Shown here: one piece after another, positions 20,494 through 29,640 of the stretch | How the letters are laid out: the number at the start of each line of letters is the position of its first letter | Numbering within the stretch: the stretch's first letter is position 1 | The notes under the pieces: model-generated | What the model was told of the DNA's origin: nothing | The model's input: the letters and a program-made list of their open reading frames with translations, nothing else | Database searches by the model: none | Source: an uncultured Gemmatimonadales bacterium | Lineage (GTDB): Bacteria; Gemmatimonadota; Gemmatimonadetes; Longimicrobiales; RSA9 | NCBI GenBank assembly: GCA_963798085.1 | Contig: CAWCRS010000007.1 | Span: forward strand, 704,001 to 768,000 | Direction of reading: 5' to 3' | Length of the DNA: 64,000 nucleotides | Made by a program: the position numbers and the translations under genes

Positions 20494-20522
20494 AACCTAA
20501 CGCCGTTAAGTCACCGGGTCAA
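20494..20522 (-). promoter_or_regulatory. sigma70-like promoter TTGACC-N17-TAGGTT with overlapping TAACG-C-CGTTA operator
   Basis: Read on the minus strand upstream of tetR; palindrome at 20498-20508. Confidence 0.65.
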
Positions 20523-20694
20523 GCCTCTTCCCAACGGACAGGCCACCGGACGGGCCGGGCCGGCGGGCGGGGGGATGCCGCGCGGCGACGCCAGCGCCCC
20601 TGCGCCCAAAGATGTCGGGATGCTGTCCCGGTGCCCGGGCCGGGGGCTGCGCCGGCACCGGTGCTCGCTGGGAGCAGAAACAGCGGTCAGCGTG

Positions 20695-22311
20695 CTACTG
20701 CAGCACCAGGATGCGGAAGTCCTGGGTGGCCAGCACGCCGTCGTGGCTGAAGCAGTAGACGCTGGCCAACAGGGTGTTATTGGCGATGGTCTGCGAGTCC
20801 AGCAGCTTGCAGAAGGCGCCGCTGTTCGACTGCGGCTCGATCATCACGGTTTCGTTGCCGTTGGAGCCGGTGCGGCCGAGTCCGGCGAAGGTGACGTCGG
20901 TGCGGCCCACGGAGATGGGCGTGGCGGTGATGGCGCCGCCGCTGGAGCTGTAGGCGTCGATGATGGCGAAGGCGCCGCCTGCGGGGACGGTGGCGATGGC
21001 GAAGCGGCGGCCGGGCACACCCTTCTCCACGAGCACGGTCATGAAGGGCGCATCGTCGTCGACGAACACGCCGGCGGGGCCCGTGCAGCGGACCTGCAGC
21101 GCGCTGCCCGTGAGCAGGCTGGCGGGCGTGCAGCGCGCGGCGGTGGTGCCGGTGGCCATGACGAAGGTGGCCTCGGGAGTGCCGCCCTGGGGCCGGGCAT
21201 TGCCCGTGAAATTCACCGTATATGTGCCGTTAGCGGTGCGCGTGACGTTCACGGACTGGCTGGTGGCGTTCCAGGTCTGCGCCGGTGTGTAGGTGGTGGC
21301 GAGCGCAGGCTGGTCGGCCCAGGCGAAGGCGAAGCGGCCGGGCAGCGCACCGGAGCCGAGCACGAGGATCAGGAACGTCTGGTCCGTGGGCACGTCCTGC
21401 GCGTTGAAGCAATACACGAGGGCCGTGAGCCCGGCCACGCTCGAACTGACGCCGCCGGGCTTGCAGGTCACGGGATCGGTTCCGTGGGCGGTGATCTGGA
21501 TGATCTGGGATTCACCGAGGGGCGGCTGCAGGCCCGGGAAGAACACGCTGTAGCGGCCCACGTCCAGGCGCTGGATGGTGATGGCGGCGCCCGAGAAGTT
21601 GTAGGAGCTGCCCGCGCCGGCGGTATAGATCCCTAACAGTGGATTATCGGCGTAGGCGTAGGCGTAGCGGCCGGGCGCTGGTGGCGCGGTGACGGTGACG
21701 CCGGCCAGGCCGGTGCGGCCGTCCACCGTGGCCGTGATGGAGGTGGTGCCGGCCGCAATGCCGCGCACCAGGCCACTCGTCACGGAGGCGACGCCCGCAT
21801 TGAGGCTGGCCCAGGCGACGGTCTTGCCGCCGATGGTGTTGCCGGCCACGTCTCTGGCCGTGGCCGCGAGGCGCAGCGTATCGCCCACCGCCAGCGTGAT
21901 GTTCGGCGGCAGCACATCCACGTGGTCCACGGTGGCGGGTGTGGTCGAGACCTGGATCGTGGCGCTCGCGCTCTTGCCGCTGGCCGCATGCGTTGCGGTA
22001 ACGGTGGCAGTCCCCGGCGCCACGCCGAGCACGGACACTACGTTGCCGTTCGGGGTCAGGGTGACGAGGCCGGAGGGCGTCGCGGTCCACTGCACGTTGC
22101 GATCGGTATTGGCGTCGCCGCCCGTGACCTGGGCGGCAACGGGGGTGGTCTGGCCCACGGCGAGCTGGGTGTTCGCAGGCGTGACCGTCACGACGACGGT
22201 TTCGTCCGGCGGCGGGACGGTCACCTTGTCGGACTTGCAGGCAACCGGAAACGCGGTCGCGATCAGGAGTACAGCAACGGCGAAGCGTGAGCCGACCCTG
22301 GAGTTCGGCAT
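20695..22311 (-). CDS. Ig-like (Big_2) domain lipoprotein with C-terminal repeated beta domains
   Basis: FPVAC signal; two Big_2-like units (VTVTP..LAVGQT, W.SLNAGVASV..GLVRG); repeats starting RYAYAYADNP, RFAFAWADQP, RRFAIA. Confidence 0.8.
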   Translation of the reverse strand: MPNSRVGSRFAVAVLLIATAFPVACKSDKVTVPPPDETVVVTVTPANTQLAVGQTTPVAAQVTGGDANTDRNVQWTATPSGLVTLTPNGNVVSVLGVAPGTATVTATHAASGKSASATIQVSTTPATVDHVDVLPPNITLAVGDTLRLAATARDVAGNTIGGKTVAWASLNAGVASVTSGLVRGIAAGTTSITATVDGRTGLAGVTVTAPPAPGRYAYAYADNPLLGIYTAGAGSSYNFSGAAITIQRLDVGRYSVFFPGLQPPLGESQIIQITAHGTDPVTCKPGGVSSSVAGLTALVYCFNAQDVPTDQTFLILVLGSGALPGRFAFAWADQPALATTYTPAQTWNATSQSVNVTRTANGTYTVNFTGNARPQGGTPEATFVMATGTTAARCTPASLLTGSALQVRCTGPAGVFVDDDAPFMTVLVEKGVPGRRFAIATVPAGGAFAIIDAYSSSGGAITATPISVGRTDVTFAGLGRTGSNGNETVMIEPQSNSGAFCKLLDSQTIANNTLLASVYCFSHDGVLATQDFRILVLQ

Positions 22312-22446
22312 CAATACCTCCGGGAGCGTCCATCGAAAAAAAAGGCAGCGTCAGCGCATTTGTCTGCGGATGAGTATCGACCGCTGTGGCTTCCGGCCAA
22401 TGTTCACCCGCGGTTGGCGAAGGGGCCCGGTGCCCCTGCGAGCGCT

Positions 22447-22836
22447 TCAGTGTTTCGGTGCTCTGATCACGTGGATCGAGCCGGCGCAGGTCTTTTCCAT
22501 TTCGCCGGCAAGACTGACGGACCAATCGCCTTCCGCGGCGCCACTCGTGCTCACGTCGAAGGTCCTGTTCTCCTGATTCACCTTGTCGACGCGGAGTCCA
22601 CTGTTCTGATCGGCTGTCACGCTCGCGACCCTGCCAATGTCCTCGGACAGGTTGAACTTCACGGTGGCGAGCGTGGAACCGATCGCGACGGTATCCGGAT
22701 CGAGGGTCGCCGTGCAGGCCGCGACATGGTCGGCCCGAACCATCCGCGGCTGTCGCGGCACGGCGGCCAGCGCCAGAGCGACCACGGGAACCACAACGGC
22801 AAAAGGTCTCAGATACTTCCCTGTATCCTGCTTCAT
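22447..22836 (-). CDS. Hypothetical exported protein
   Basis: AGGAG RBS, hydrophobic N-terminal segment, beta-rich domain with two Cys. Confidence 0.6.
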   Translation of the reverse strand: MKQDTGKYLRPFAVVVPVVALALAAVPRQPRMVRADHVAACTATLDPDTVAIGSTLATVKFNLSEDIGRVASVTADQNSGLRVDKVNQENRTFDVSTSGAAEGDWSVSLAGEMEKTCAGSIHVIRAPKH

Positions 22837-23091
22837 GATTGCCACTCCTGCGAAGAGAATCCCTGCTCCTGCTCGCGAGGGGGCACCGGGCGAAGCCGCG
22901 GAGCGCAAGGCCTGTACCAGAGGCGCAATCACGCCACACTCCACGCGGGTTGGCTATCGCTGCGCGAGGGCCGCTCCGATACTGGAAGCGATGGTCAGGA
23001 GGGGGACCGGGAGCTTCCCGCTGCCGGGCAGTGTAGGAGTGCCGTTCCCGCCGTCCGCAGTACCCGCTGAAAGTCAGGTGTGGGGGGTTGC

Positions 23092-23961
23092 ATGCGCCGA
23101 AGCTGGCCCGCTGAGATCGGTCTGTGCGCAGTGCTGGGGAGTCTTGCGCCGGGTGCGGCCCGCGCGCAGGTGGCTCCGGTACGCATCCAATCGAACTGGC
23201 TGACGAATGGTGTCCAGCTGGCGCCGGGATTCCGCATGGAATCGCGGCGCGGTCCGATCATCGGGTCGGGCGATCTGTGGCGACTCGTGGGTCTGGCCGG
23301 CGCCACGCTGGCGATCATGCCGCTGGACCAGGCGATCACCGAGGAATTCCGCGATCCGCCGGCACAGCGCAGCGCGCTGCTGCACAACAGCGCGCGCACG
23401 TTCAACCTCATGGGCAGTCCGGGCGCCGCCGTTGCGGGCGTGACGCTGCTGGGCGCGGGTCTGTTGTCGCGCTCGCATGGTCTGACGGAAATCGGGTTGC
23501 ATGCCACGGTCGCCATCGCCATCAGTGGCGTCGCGACGGGCGCACTGAAGCTGGTGTCGGGTCGACAGCGGCCCTATCTCGACGAACACGATTCCGACCA
23601 GTTCGCACTGGGTGGTGGGCTGCGCTCGGGAATGTCGTCGTTTCCCTCGGGACACACCACGGCGGCTTTCGCCTTCGCATCCACGGTCACGTCCGAGCTG
23701 GCGCGCCTGAAGCCGGGTTCACAGTGGATCGCGGGACCGCTGCTCTACGGTGGCGCGGGCATGGTGGGCATGGCGCGCATCTACGACAGCCGCCACTGGG
23801 CGAGCGATGTGCTGCTGGGCGCCGGCATCGGCACCCTGGTCGGGCTCAAGGTGGAGAAGCTGATGCACGGCGCGACACGCTCCGGCAGCTCTGCGATGGG
23901 TCTGCACGTCACGCCGGTTGGCGGTGGTCTGCGCATGAGCGTTTCCCTGCCTGTGCACTGA
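23092..23961 (+). CDS. PAP2 family phosphatase
   Basis: KxxxxRxRP, SFPSGH and ARIYDSRHWASDV motifs. Confidence 0.92.
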   Translation: MRRSWPAEIGLCAVLGSLAPGAARAQVAPVRIQSNWLTNGVQLAPGFRMESRRGPIIGSGDLWRLVGLAGATLAIMPLDQAITEEFRDPPAQRSALLHNSARTFNLMGSPGAAVAGVTLLGAGLLSRSHGLTEIGLHATVAIAISGVATGALKLVSGRQRPYLDEHDSDQFALGGGLRSGMSSFPSGHTTAAFAFASTVTSELARLKPGSQWIAGPLLYGGAGMVGMARIYDSRHWASDVLLGAGIGTLVGLKVEKLMHGATRSGSSAMGLHVTPVGGGLRMSVSLPVH

Positions 23962-24129
23962 CGGCTTGACGCCAGGCAGCTCCACGATGCAGTCCAGCAC
24001 GCGACCGGTAACCGGGCGCAGCGCGCACACGGGCGAACTGTGGGCAGGCGAGGGTGGCGCTGAACCGAACGCGTCCTTATCGTGCCGCCTTCGGAATTCC
24101 ATCGCAAACAGGGCAGGGGGCAGGAGGCC

Positions 24130-25011
24130 ATGCGGTACACGGGCGCATTCATCCTGTCTGTTCCGTTTCTGCTCGGCTGCACCAATGTGCAGCACCATCC
24201 GACCGAGCCGGTGGGTGGCAGGGAGCCGGTGCGGGCCGCGGACGTGGTGGGTGGCTCGAACTACGAGTGCGCGCTGGTGGGCAACGGCTCGGCGCGCTGC
24301 ACGGGCGCGCTGAGTCCGGGCACGAGCTGGGGCGACATGGTGTTCATCAGCGGTGGCGCCGAGCACGCCTGCGGCGTGACCAGCGAAGGCCTGATCCGCT
24401 GCTGGGGCACGAACGTCTATAACAAGCTGTTTCCGCCGCCCGGCACCAATCGCAATTTCCGTGAAGTGGCGGCGGGCACGCAGCACACCTGCGGCCTGCA
24501 CGCGGACGGCTCCATTCTGTGCTGGGGCCTGAACGACAACGGTCAGACGGACGCGCCGGCCGGCACGGGCTACCACGGCATCAACGCTTCCCGGGGCGGG
24601 CACCACACCTGCGCGCTGACGGTGGACGATGCCATCATCTGCTGGGGTCTGAACAACCAGGGCCAGACGGCGGGGCTGCCGGGCACGGGCTACCGTTCGG
24701 TGATCGTCACGGAGACCGGAGGTTGTGGCCTCACGCCGGATCGGATCCGCTGCTGGGGCGAGCTCATTCCGGGGCTGCCCGCCGATGACGGTGTCACGTC
24801 GCTTTCCGCGGGCCGCGATTTCGTGTGCGCCGTGCGCGGCGGCAGTGTGACCTGCTGGGGCGCCAGCAACCACAACGGCGCGCTGAATCCGCCGGTGGAC
24901 ACGGACTTTGTGCGCGTCGGCGCCGGCTTCACGCACGTGTGCGGCCTGCAGGCCACGGGGCTGGTGAAGTGCTGGGGTTCCATCACAGGATTTCCCGAGC
25001 TGAGCTTCTAA
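24130..25011 (+). CDS. RCC1/BLIP-II repeat beta-propeller lipoprotein
   Basis: FLLGC lipobox; repeated G..HTC.L...G.I.CWG.N..GQ units; AGGAGG RBS. Confidence 0.87.
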   Translation: MRYTGAFILSVPFLLGCTNVQHHPTEPVGGREPVRAADVVGGSNYECALVGNGSARCTGALSPGTSWGDMVFISGGAEHACGVTSEGLIRCWGTNVYNKLFPPPGTNRNFREVAAGTQHTCGLHADGSILCWGLNDNGQTDAPAGTGYHGINASRGGHHTCALTVDDAIICWGLNNQGQTAGLPGTGYRSVIVTETGGCGLTPDRIRCWGELIPGLPADDGVTSLSAGRDFVCAVRGGSVTCWGASNHNGALNPPVDTDFVRVGAGFTHVCGLQATGLVKCWGSITGFPELSF

Positions 25012-25108
25012 CGGACGGTTATGCCGCGACAGGCGGGGAGCGCGTGGCTGCCGGCGGGCGGCGGCCACGCGCTTTGCGTTGACGCGGGAGTCAGGGAGAA
25101 GACGCGAC

Positions 25109-26113
25109 ATGGTGCCGGATCTGCTGGTGATCTCCGGGGAGGACGTGCGTACGCTGCTGCCCATGGATCGCTGCATCGGGCTGATGGCCGATGCGCTGAC
25201 CGCGCTGGCGCGGGGTGAGGCGGCTGTGCCGCTGCGCACGGCGATGTGGCTGCCGGAACGAACCGGCCTGCTGGGCATGATGCCGGCCTGGTACGGACCG
25301 GCGTCGGTCATGGGCATCAAGGTGGTGAGCGTAATGCCGCACAATCACGGCACCGCATACGATTCGCACCAGGGCGGCGTGCTGCTGTTCGAGACGGGCC
25401 ACGGCATCCCGCTGGCGCTGGTGGATGCCAGCGCCATCACGGCCATCCGCACGGCCGCGGTGAGCGGTGTGGCGACGCGGCTGCTGGCGCGGCCTGATGC
25501 GCACGATCTGGCGATTCTGGGCAGTGGTGTGCAGGCGACGACGCACCTCGAAGCCATGCTTCTCGCCCGTTCGATCCGGCGCGTCCGCGTCTGGAGTCGC
25601 GACCCGGAGCACGCGCAGCAATTCGGCCGGCGCGAAGGCGAGCGGCACGGCATTACCCTCGAGGTTGCCGCCGACGTGGAGTCCGCGGTGCGCGGCGCCG
25701 ACATCGTGTGCACGACCACGTCCGCCCGCGAGCCCGTACTGGCGGGCCGCTGGCTGACGCCGGGCGCGCACATCAATGCGGCCGGTTCGAGCGTGCGTTT
25801 CGCGCGCGAACTGGACGGCGAAGCGGTGGCGCGCAGCCGTCTGTTCGTGGATCGCAGTGAGTCCACACGCAACGAAGCGGGCGACTTTCTGCTGGCAAAG
25901 GCGGAAGGCATGGTCAGCGACGATCACATTGCCGGCGAGCTGGGCGACGTGCTGCGCGGCGTCCTCGGCGGGCGCCAGCAGGCTGAGGAGATCACGCTCT
26001 TCAAGTCACTGGGCCTGGGCGTGGAGGATGTGGTGGCGAGTCAGTACGTGTACGAGCAGGCGAAGGCGCAGGGCCGGGGACGCGCCGTGCCGCTCGGTGA
26101 GGCGCGGGCATGA
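25109..26113 (+). CDS. Ornithine cyclodeaminase / mu-crystallin family protein
   Basis: ITAIRTAAVS, ILGSGVQA, ADIVCTTT, HINAAG, FKSLGLGVED. Confidence 0.93.
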   Translation: MVPDLLVISGEDVRTLLPMDRCIGLMADALTALARGEAAVPLRTAMWLPERTGLLGMMPAWYGPASVMGIKVVSVMPHNHGTAYDSHQGGVLLFETGHGIPLALVDASAITAIRTAAVSGVATRLLARPDAHDLAILGSGVQATTHLEAMLLARSIRRVRVWSRDPEHAQQFGRREGERHGITLEVAADVESAVRGADIVCTTTSAREPVLAGRWLTPGAHINAAGSSVRFARELDGEAVARSRLFVDRSESTRNEAGDFLLAKAEGMVSDDHIAGELGDVLRGVLGGRQQAEEITLFKSLGLGVEDVVASQYVYEQAKAQGRGRAVPLGEARA

Positions 26114-27069
26114 CGCTGGCGCCGCCGTCCCTGGCCGACATCGAGGCTGCGGCCCTGCGGGTGCGCGGTCACGCGCTGCGCACGCCGCTGCTGCGGCTGC
26201 AGGCGGAGGACGCGCCCGCCGAGATCTGGCTCAAGCTGGAGAACCTGCAGCCCATCGGCTCGTTCAAGATCCGGGGCGCCTCTAACGCGCTGTTACAGGC
26301 GCCCGCGGAGCGGCTGGCGCGCGGCGTGTACACGGCCAGCGCCGGGAACATGGCGCAGGGTGTGGGCTGGATGGCGCGGGCGCTGGGCGTTCCCTTCAGC
26401 GTGGTGGTGCCGGATCACGCGCCGGAGACCAAGCTGGCGGCCATCCGGCGGCTGGGCGGTCGCATCATCCCGCTGCCCTTCGCGGACTGGTGGCGCGTCA
26501 TCGAGGAGCACCAGCTTGCGGGGCAGGACGGTTTCTTCGTGCACCCGGTCAGTGATGCCGCCGTCATGGCGGGCAACGGCACCATCGGGCTGGAACTGCA
26601 CAATGCGCTGGCCGACATTGATGCCGTGGTGGTGCCCTACGGCGGCGGCGGTCTCAGCTGCGGTATCGCGGCCGCGCTGCGCGTGCTGTCGCCGCGAACA
26701 CGCGTGTACGCGGCGGAAGTGGACACGGCCGCGGCGCTGCGCGGAGCCCTGCACGCAGGTGGACCCTCGCCGGTCGCCTACACCCCGAGCTTCGTGGATG
26801 GCATTGGCAGCCGCAGTGTGCTGCCCGAGATGTGGCCGCTGGCGAAGGAGCTGCTGTCCGGCTCGGTGGTGGTTTCGCTGGAGCAGATCGCGGCTGCGAT
26901 TCGACTGCTGGCCGAGCGCCACCGCGTGATTGCGGAAGGCGCGGGCGCCGCGGCCGTGGCGGCAGTGCTCAGCGGTCAGGCGGGCAGCGGGCGCATCGTC
27001 TGCATTGTGTCCGGCGGCAACATCGACAGTGCGCGGCTGAGCGCCATACTCGCGGGCTCGATGCCGTGA
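26110..27069 (+). CDS. PLP-dependent threonine/serine dehydratase family
   Basis: LKLENLQPIGSFKIRG, SAGN, PYGGGGL, SGGNID. Confidence 0.93.
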   Translation: MTLAPPSLADIEAAALRVRGHALRTPLLRLQAEDAPAEIWLKLENLQPIGSFKIRGASNALLQAPAERLARGVYTASAGNMAQGVGWMARALGVPFSVVVPDHAPETKLAAIRRLGGRIIPLPFADWWRVIEEHQLAGQDGFFVHPVSDAAVMAGNGTIGLELHNALADIDAVVVPYGGGGLSCGIAAALRVLSPRTRVYAAEVDTAAALRGALHAGGPSPVAYTPSFVDGIGSRSVLPEMWPLAKELLSGSVVVSLEQIAAAIRLLAERHRVIAEGAGAAAVAAVLSGQAGSGRIVCIVSGGNIDSARLSAILAGSMP

Positions 27070-27145
27070 GCAGGGGCGCAGTCCGGGGCCGCCGCACGCC
27101 CGCATTGCGCACGCACGGGCGGTCTCCCACGTTGCTGCACTGACC

Positions 27146-28897
27146 ATGAGTACTGAAGCTGCGGCTCCAACCATCCTGGTGGTCGAAGACGACCCGCTGA
27201 CTCGCCTGCTGGTGCGGGACGTTCTGCGAGGCATCACCGACAGCGAAGTCCTGGAGGCCGCGGACGGCTTTGCGGCGCGCGTGCTGCTCGAGGAGCGGGA
27301 CGTCGACCTCGTGGTGACGGACCTGCTGATGCCGGGACTCGATGGCCTGGGACTGATGCGCTGGGCGCAGGAGCACCGCCGTGGCCCGCGCTGGATCGTG
27401 CTCTCTGCCGTGGAGAGGTTCGACGCGGCCGTGGAAGCGCATCAGCTGGGCGTGCTGGATTTCCTCACCAAGCCGGTGCAGCCGGAATCCCTGCGGGTGG
27501 CCGCGCGCAATGCGCTGGAGCGCATCCGCCTGGAGCGGGCGCACGAGCGGCTGCTGGTGGAGCTGCAGGACGCGAACGAACAGCTCTCGCACAAGATCGG
27601 TCAGCTGGAGCGCAGCTCGGAGATCATCCGGCGTGATCTCGAGCGAGCGGAAGTCATTCAGCGCGCGCTGCTGCCGGCCGAGCCGCCGCTGCTGCCGGGC
27701 TACAGCGTGAACGCCGTGTACCGGCCCGGACGTCACGTGGGCGGCGATCTCTACAACGTGATGAAGATCGGGGAGCGACACGTCGCGCTCTGGGTGGCGG
27801 ACGCCACGGGTCACGGTGTCGCTTCCGCCATGCTTTCGGTGCTGTTCTCCCGCCGCCTCGCGCTCACGGGTGAGGATGGTCTGCCGCTGCCGCCGGCGCG
27901 CGCGCTCGAGGCTGTGAACAATGCGTTAACGCGGGATCACGTAGGACCGGGCCTGTTCCTGACCGCGGCGCTGGGGCTGCTCGACCTGGAGAGCCACGAG
28001 CTGCGCATTGCGGGCGCGGGTCATCCGCCGGTGGTGATACGACGCGGTGCGGGCGGCATGGAGCGCGTGCTGCGTACGGGACCGGCACTGGGTCTGGTGG
28101 CCGGTGCCAGCTATGCCGAAGTGTCGCTCACGCTCGATGCCGGCGACCGCGCGCTGTTCTTCACCGATGGCCTGCACGGCGCGACTGATGGCGATACGCT
28201 GAAGCGCGTGGAGCTTGCGTTCCGGGCATCGCCCACGGATGGGCACGCGCTGCTGATGGATCTGCTGACACGCACGTTCGCGGAGGACCCGGGCGCGGAG
28301 GACCGCGATGACATCACGCTGATCCTGCTGGATGCGCGATCCGGGCCCAGTCGTTTCGACAATGGAGACAGTCGCTCGCCGCGCGCCGCGGGCATGGCGC
28401 GCAAGGGTGCCTCCACGACGAACGGCCTATGGTACGGCGAGCTGGAGAAGCAGTGCTGGCTGGCGGTGCGCGGGCGAGGCACGTGGACGGAGTGTGACAC
28501 GTTCCATGAGACGATCACGAGCCTGCTGGGCGACGGTGTGCCGGTGGTGCTCGACCTCTCGAGCTGCGACTATCTGGACAGCACCTTCCTCGGCACCATC
28601 CACGAGCTGGTGAGTTACGCGCAGCAGCACGATGGCGCCCGCTTCGTGCTGCACGGCGTGCGCGAGCCGGTGCGCAATGCCTTCGGCGAGTTGAGCATGG
28701 AGCGCGTGCTGGCCGCGGCGGGCGAGGTGGACGGCACAGCGCCGGCGATGCAGCCGCTGGCGTCGCAGGCGCTGGATGCCGGCCGCAGCCGGGAGCGGCT
28801 GCGGCACGCCCATGAGGCACTCTCCTCTCTCAGTCCCGGCAACCGCGAACGCTTCGGCAACGTCACCGAGGCGCTGCGCTCCGATTCCGGCGGCTGA
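27146..28897 (+). CDS. REC + PP2C/SpoIIE phosphatase + STAS fusion
   Basis: ILVVEDD, TDLLMPGLDG, FLTKP; VADATGHG, FTDGL, DDITL; LDLSSCDYLDSTFLG. Confidence 0.9.
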   Translation: MSTEAAAPTILVVEDDPLTRLLVRDVLRGITDSEVLEAADGFAARVLLEERDVDLVVTDLLMPGLDGLGLMRWAQEHRRGPRWIVLSAVERFDAAVEAHQLGVLDFLTKPVQPESLRVAARNALERIRLERAHERLLVELQDANEQLSHKIGQLERSSEIIRRDLERAEVIQRALLPAEPPLLPGYSVNAVYRPGRHVGGDLYNVMKIGERHVALWVADATGHGVASAMLSVLFSRRLALTGEDGLPLPPARALEAVNNALTRDHVGPGLFLTAALGLLDLESHELRIAGAGHPPVVIRRGAGGMERVLRTGPALGLVAGASYAEVSLTLDAGDRALFFTDGLHGATDGDTLKRVELAFRASPTDGHALLMDLLTRTFAEDPGAEDRDDITLILLDARSGPSRFDNGDSRSPRAAGMARKGASTTNGLWYGELEKQCWLAVRGRGTWTECDTFHETITSLLGDGVPVVLDLSSCDYLDSTFLGTIHELVSYAQQHDGARFVLHGVREPVRNAFGELSMERVLAAAGEVDGTAPAMQPLASQALDAGRSRERLRHAHEALSSLSPGNRERFGNVTEALRSDSGG

Positions 28898-29174
28898 ACC
28901 TGCCCCTGCCGTCCTGCGCCACTGCGGAGAATCTGTAACAGCGCGTCAGGAAGCAGCCCTCGCGCCGTCCGGCAAACGGCGGCGCATCGCGGACATGCTT
29001 TCGGCCTTTTGCCTGTCACAATCTTTGCTCGCCCCATTCCGACACTGATGTACAGGTGCCGGACGCCGCGGTACCGGGCGTGTGGAGTCAGCGGCGGATC
29101 AGAGTTCGGGCCAGCCGACACAAGCGGAGCGCAAGCCGCCGGGAGGCAGGGGGCCGAGGAGAGAGAAGGAACTC

Positions 29175-29579
29175 ATGTCTTCGTTGCAGAACAGGGGCCG
29201 CCGGCGGGCCATGGGCCTGGTGTTCGCCTGCAGTGCGCTGGCCGCGTGCGCCAGCGTGCCGACCAGCGGGAGCAGCGCGCTGCTCCCGGACAACGCAATC
29301 CGGCTGGTGGTGGAGAATGACAGCTGGATGGATATGGACATTTATCTGCTGAACGAATCCGGCGCGCGCTGGCGGGTGGGCGATGTGGTGGCCACGCGCG
29401 AGCGCTCGTTCCGCATTTCACCGACCATGCTGGGGGGTGGTGGCAGCTTCCGCCTGGTGGCGGATCCGGTGGGCAGCCAGCAGCTGAGCGTGTCCGACGT
29501 GCTGGTGGTGCCGCAGGGAACCGTAGCGCACTTCAAGATCGGCAACGCGGCGGCTAACACGTTCGCATACGTGCGCTGA
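29175..29579 (+). CDS. Hypothetical lipoprotein
   Basis: AAGGA RBS; ALAAC lipobox; LVVENDSWMDMDIY beta-rich domain. Confidence 0.7.
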   Translation: MSSLQNRGRRRAMGLVFACSALAACASVPTSGSSALLPDNAIRLVVENDSWMDMDIYLLNESGARWRVGDVVATRERSFRISPTMLGGGGSFRLVADPVGSQQLSVSDVLVVPQGTVAHFKIGNAAANTFAYVR

Positions 29580-29598
29580 AGCAGACGGACTGGAGAAG

Positions 29599-29636
29599 CG
29601 AAGCGGGGCGGGCCGGGAAGGCTCGCCCCGCTTTCG
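29599..29636. terminator. Hairpin terminator between convergent genes
   Basis: Stem AAGCGGGGCGGGCC / GGCTCGCCCCGCTT with a 5-nt loop. Confidence 0.7.
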
Positions 29637-29640
29637 TTGG

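Noticed and set aside
28898..29174. Possible riboswitch or ECF promoter (GGCAAAC, TGTAACA, TGTCACA)
   Set aside because: Could not build a convincing conserved fold or promoter spacing.
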